Assembly (NCBI GenBank): GCA_048939995.1
Contig: JBHLOY010000029.1
Span: 1-16,930 of the forward strand
Direction: 5' to 3'
Source: Promethearchaeota archaeon
GTDB taxonomy: Archaea; Asgardarchaeota; Lokiarchaeia; Sigyniarchaeales; SOKP01
Length of the DNA stretch: 16,930 bases
Below are positions 15,564 to 16,930 of this stretch, in pieces. The position numbers and the translations under genes are program-made. Every line of letters starts with the position of its first letter. Position 1 is the stretch's first letter. The notes under the pieces were generated by a model, which was not told the DNA's origin, did not search any database, and saw only the letters and a list, made by a program, of their open reading frames with translations.

Positions 15564-16930
15564 ATGACAGTTCTAACTACTGAAAAACTAATTCAGGCAT
15601 CTGTTGATAATACACAAAAGAAATCAATGTATAAAGAAAAGAGTTTATGGAAAGTAATTGCAAAAAACGAAATTAGAATTCGAACAAGTAATTTCCGAAA
15701 CCATCGAAAGCTCTTTTTCGCAATGCTATATTTTATATTGTTCATATGGGCGCTTATTGGTGCTCCTAATCTATTTGACATATTTATGCCAACTTTGGCT
15801 ACTCAATACTCTAGTATATTCAAACCTATTGTTGCACTTCTGATTGAAGCTTTTATGATGACACTATTCTTAGTACTCGTTATGTATCCCTTAAATAATG
15901 TTTATCGAGAGAGTGAAATTGGTTTTAAGGAATCATTATTAGCAACTCCAGTTAGATCAAGCGATATTTTTCTTGGAGAATTTTTAGGTAAATTTCCAAT
16001 TTATACCATGGCAGTCTTAATATTTGCTCCAATTGTCGTCGGTTTAATAAATCCTATTATAGATCTAACTCTTATCCAATACCTTATAATATATATATGT
16101 GTTTTTGGTCTCGTGTATTTTGCGAATTTAATAGGATCAATTATAGCAAGTTGGCTTGAACACAAAATTTCTAAAAGCGAAAAAGCAAGAGATTTGGGAA
16201 AAGCATTGATATGGATTTTCACAGTTGTATTGGTTGTTATTATGTATGCAGTTATATTTTTTCTTAACGAGCTATTGACGCATCCTGAACTTAAAAATTG
16301 GCTAGCTATTTATCCATCTTTATGGTTTTCTAACATAATTTTATACAGTATAGATCCACTTTTACTCAATACTTTCATTCTTAATATATGGTTTAACATT
16401 GTTTTGGCTATTGGTGTTCCTTTAATAACATTATATCTATCTTATAAGAAAGCTGAGTCATTTTATACCTTAGAACGTGGTAAAGAAAAGATAAGTATAT
16501 CAATAGTAAATAAGGAAAACCCAATCTATTTTATACTGAGGAAAATTACAGGTCGTAAATGGGGAAGTTTGATCATAATGCAACTAAAGAGATTTTTTAG
16601 GAAAAAAGCTAATATGGCAAGAATTGCTTATGTTATCGGTCTTCTAGGGTTTATGTCATGGTTTCTCTCTAGAATGGGAGATAATCCAGTTGGAAGGACT
16701 TTGGTTACAACAATGATAGTTGCACTCGGAGGCGGTGTAGGAAGTGTAATGTTAGGTCATCTTGGTTTTGTTGATTCAAAGGATTTAATATGGGTTTATA
16801 AGAGATCACCACGAGGAATAAAAGCGATTGTATATTCTTACTTGCTAGCAATATTTATATTGAACATTTTTATTACGATCTTTATTACAATTCTATTCTC
16901 AGTATTTATAAATCTCGATATTATAGGTGC
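15564..16930 (+). CDS. ABC-2-type exporter permease, probably two-repeat; partial, runs off the window end
   Basis: Translated by hand; not in the ORF track. GAGGT at 15550-15554, ATG 15564 (MTVLTTEKLIQ...), frame open to 16930. WKVIAKNEIRIR and ESLLATPVRSSDIFLGEFLGK are ABC-2 permease motifs; a second unit has IMQLKRFFR and WVYKRSPRG; many TM helices. Confidence 0.85.
   Translation, partial: MTVLTTEKLIQASVDNTQKKSMYKEKSLWKVIAKNEIRIRTSNFRNHRKLFFAMLYFILFIWALIGAPNLFDIFMPTLATQYSSIFKPIVALLIEAFMMTLFLVLVMYPLNNVYRESEIGFKESLLATPVRSSDIFLGEFLGKFPIYTMAVLIFAPIVVGLINPIIDLTLIQYLIIYICVFGLVYFANLIGSIIASWLEHKISKSEKARDLGKALIWIFTVVLVVIMYAVIFFLNELLTHPELKNWLAIYPSLWFSNIILYSIDPLLLNTFILNIWFNIVLAIGVPLITLYLSYKKAESFYTLERGKEKISISIVNKENPIYFILRKITGRKWGSLIIMQLKRFFRKKANMARIAYVIGLLGFMSWFLSRMGDNPVGRTLVTTMIVALGGGVGSVMLGHLGFVDSKDLIWVYKRSPRGIKAIVYSYLLAIFILNIFITIFITILFSVFINLDIIG

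Noticed and set aside
14670-16222. ORFs 14670..14861, 15593..15781, 15658..15843 and 16001..16222
   Set aside because: They overlap the ABC ATPase or the long permease frame starting at 15564.
1-16930. tRNA, rRNA, CRISPR array, transposase or integrase
   Set aside because: None recognisable; nearly all the sequence is explained by protein-coding genes and short AT-rich spacers.

Overview
Very AT-rich window with archaeal-type signals (GGAGG/GAGGTG ribosome-binding sites, TTTA(A/T)A boxes, oligo-T terminators). The gene content (unprenylated Rab-like small GTPase, wHTH-TPR and TPR/longin-like proteins, split methylmalonyl-CoA mutase, stand-alone ADP-forming acyl-CoA synthetase alpha subunit) suggests an Asgard archaeon, probably Lokiarchaeia-like; this is an inference. 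Gene order: partial secreted Ig/DUF11-repeat surface protein (-, absent from the ORF track); tandem-wHTH TPR protein (-); Rab-like GTPase (+); small hypothetical protein (+); 84-aa peptide (+) followed by a 746-aa cobalamin-binding radical SAM enzyme with a C-terminal 8-Cys SPASM-like domain (+); TPR/longin-like protein (+); DUF35 Zn-ribbon/OB protein (+); methylmalonyl-CoA mutase large subunit (+); acyl-CoA synthetase alpha (-); CPBP protease, ABC ATPase and partial ABC-2 permease (+, permease absent from the ORF track). The best novelty candidate is the peptide plus B12-rSAM-SPASM pair, a putative Asgard RiPP (modified peptide) system with a palindromic operator upstream and a T-tract between the two genes. 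Also notable are twin palindromic operators flanking the TATA box of the CPBP/ABC operon and an apparent ATA start codon (or frameshift) in the ABC ATPase. All family calls come from motif recognition by eye; no searches were run.
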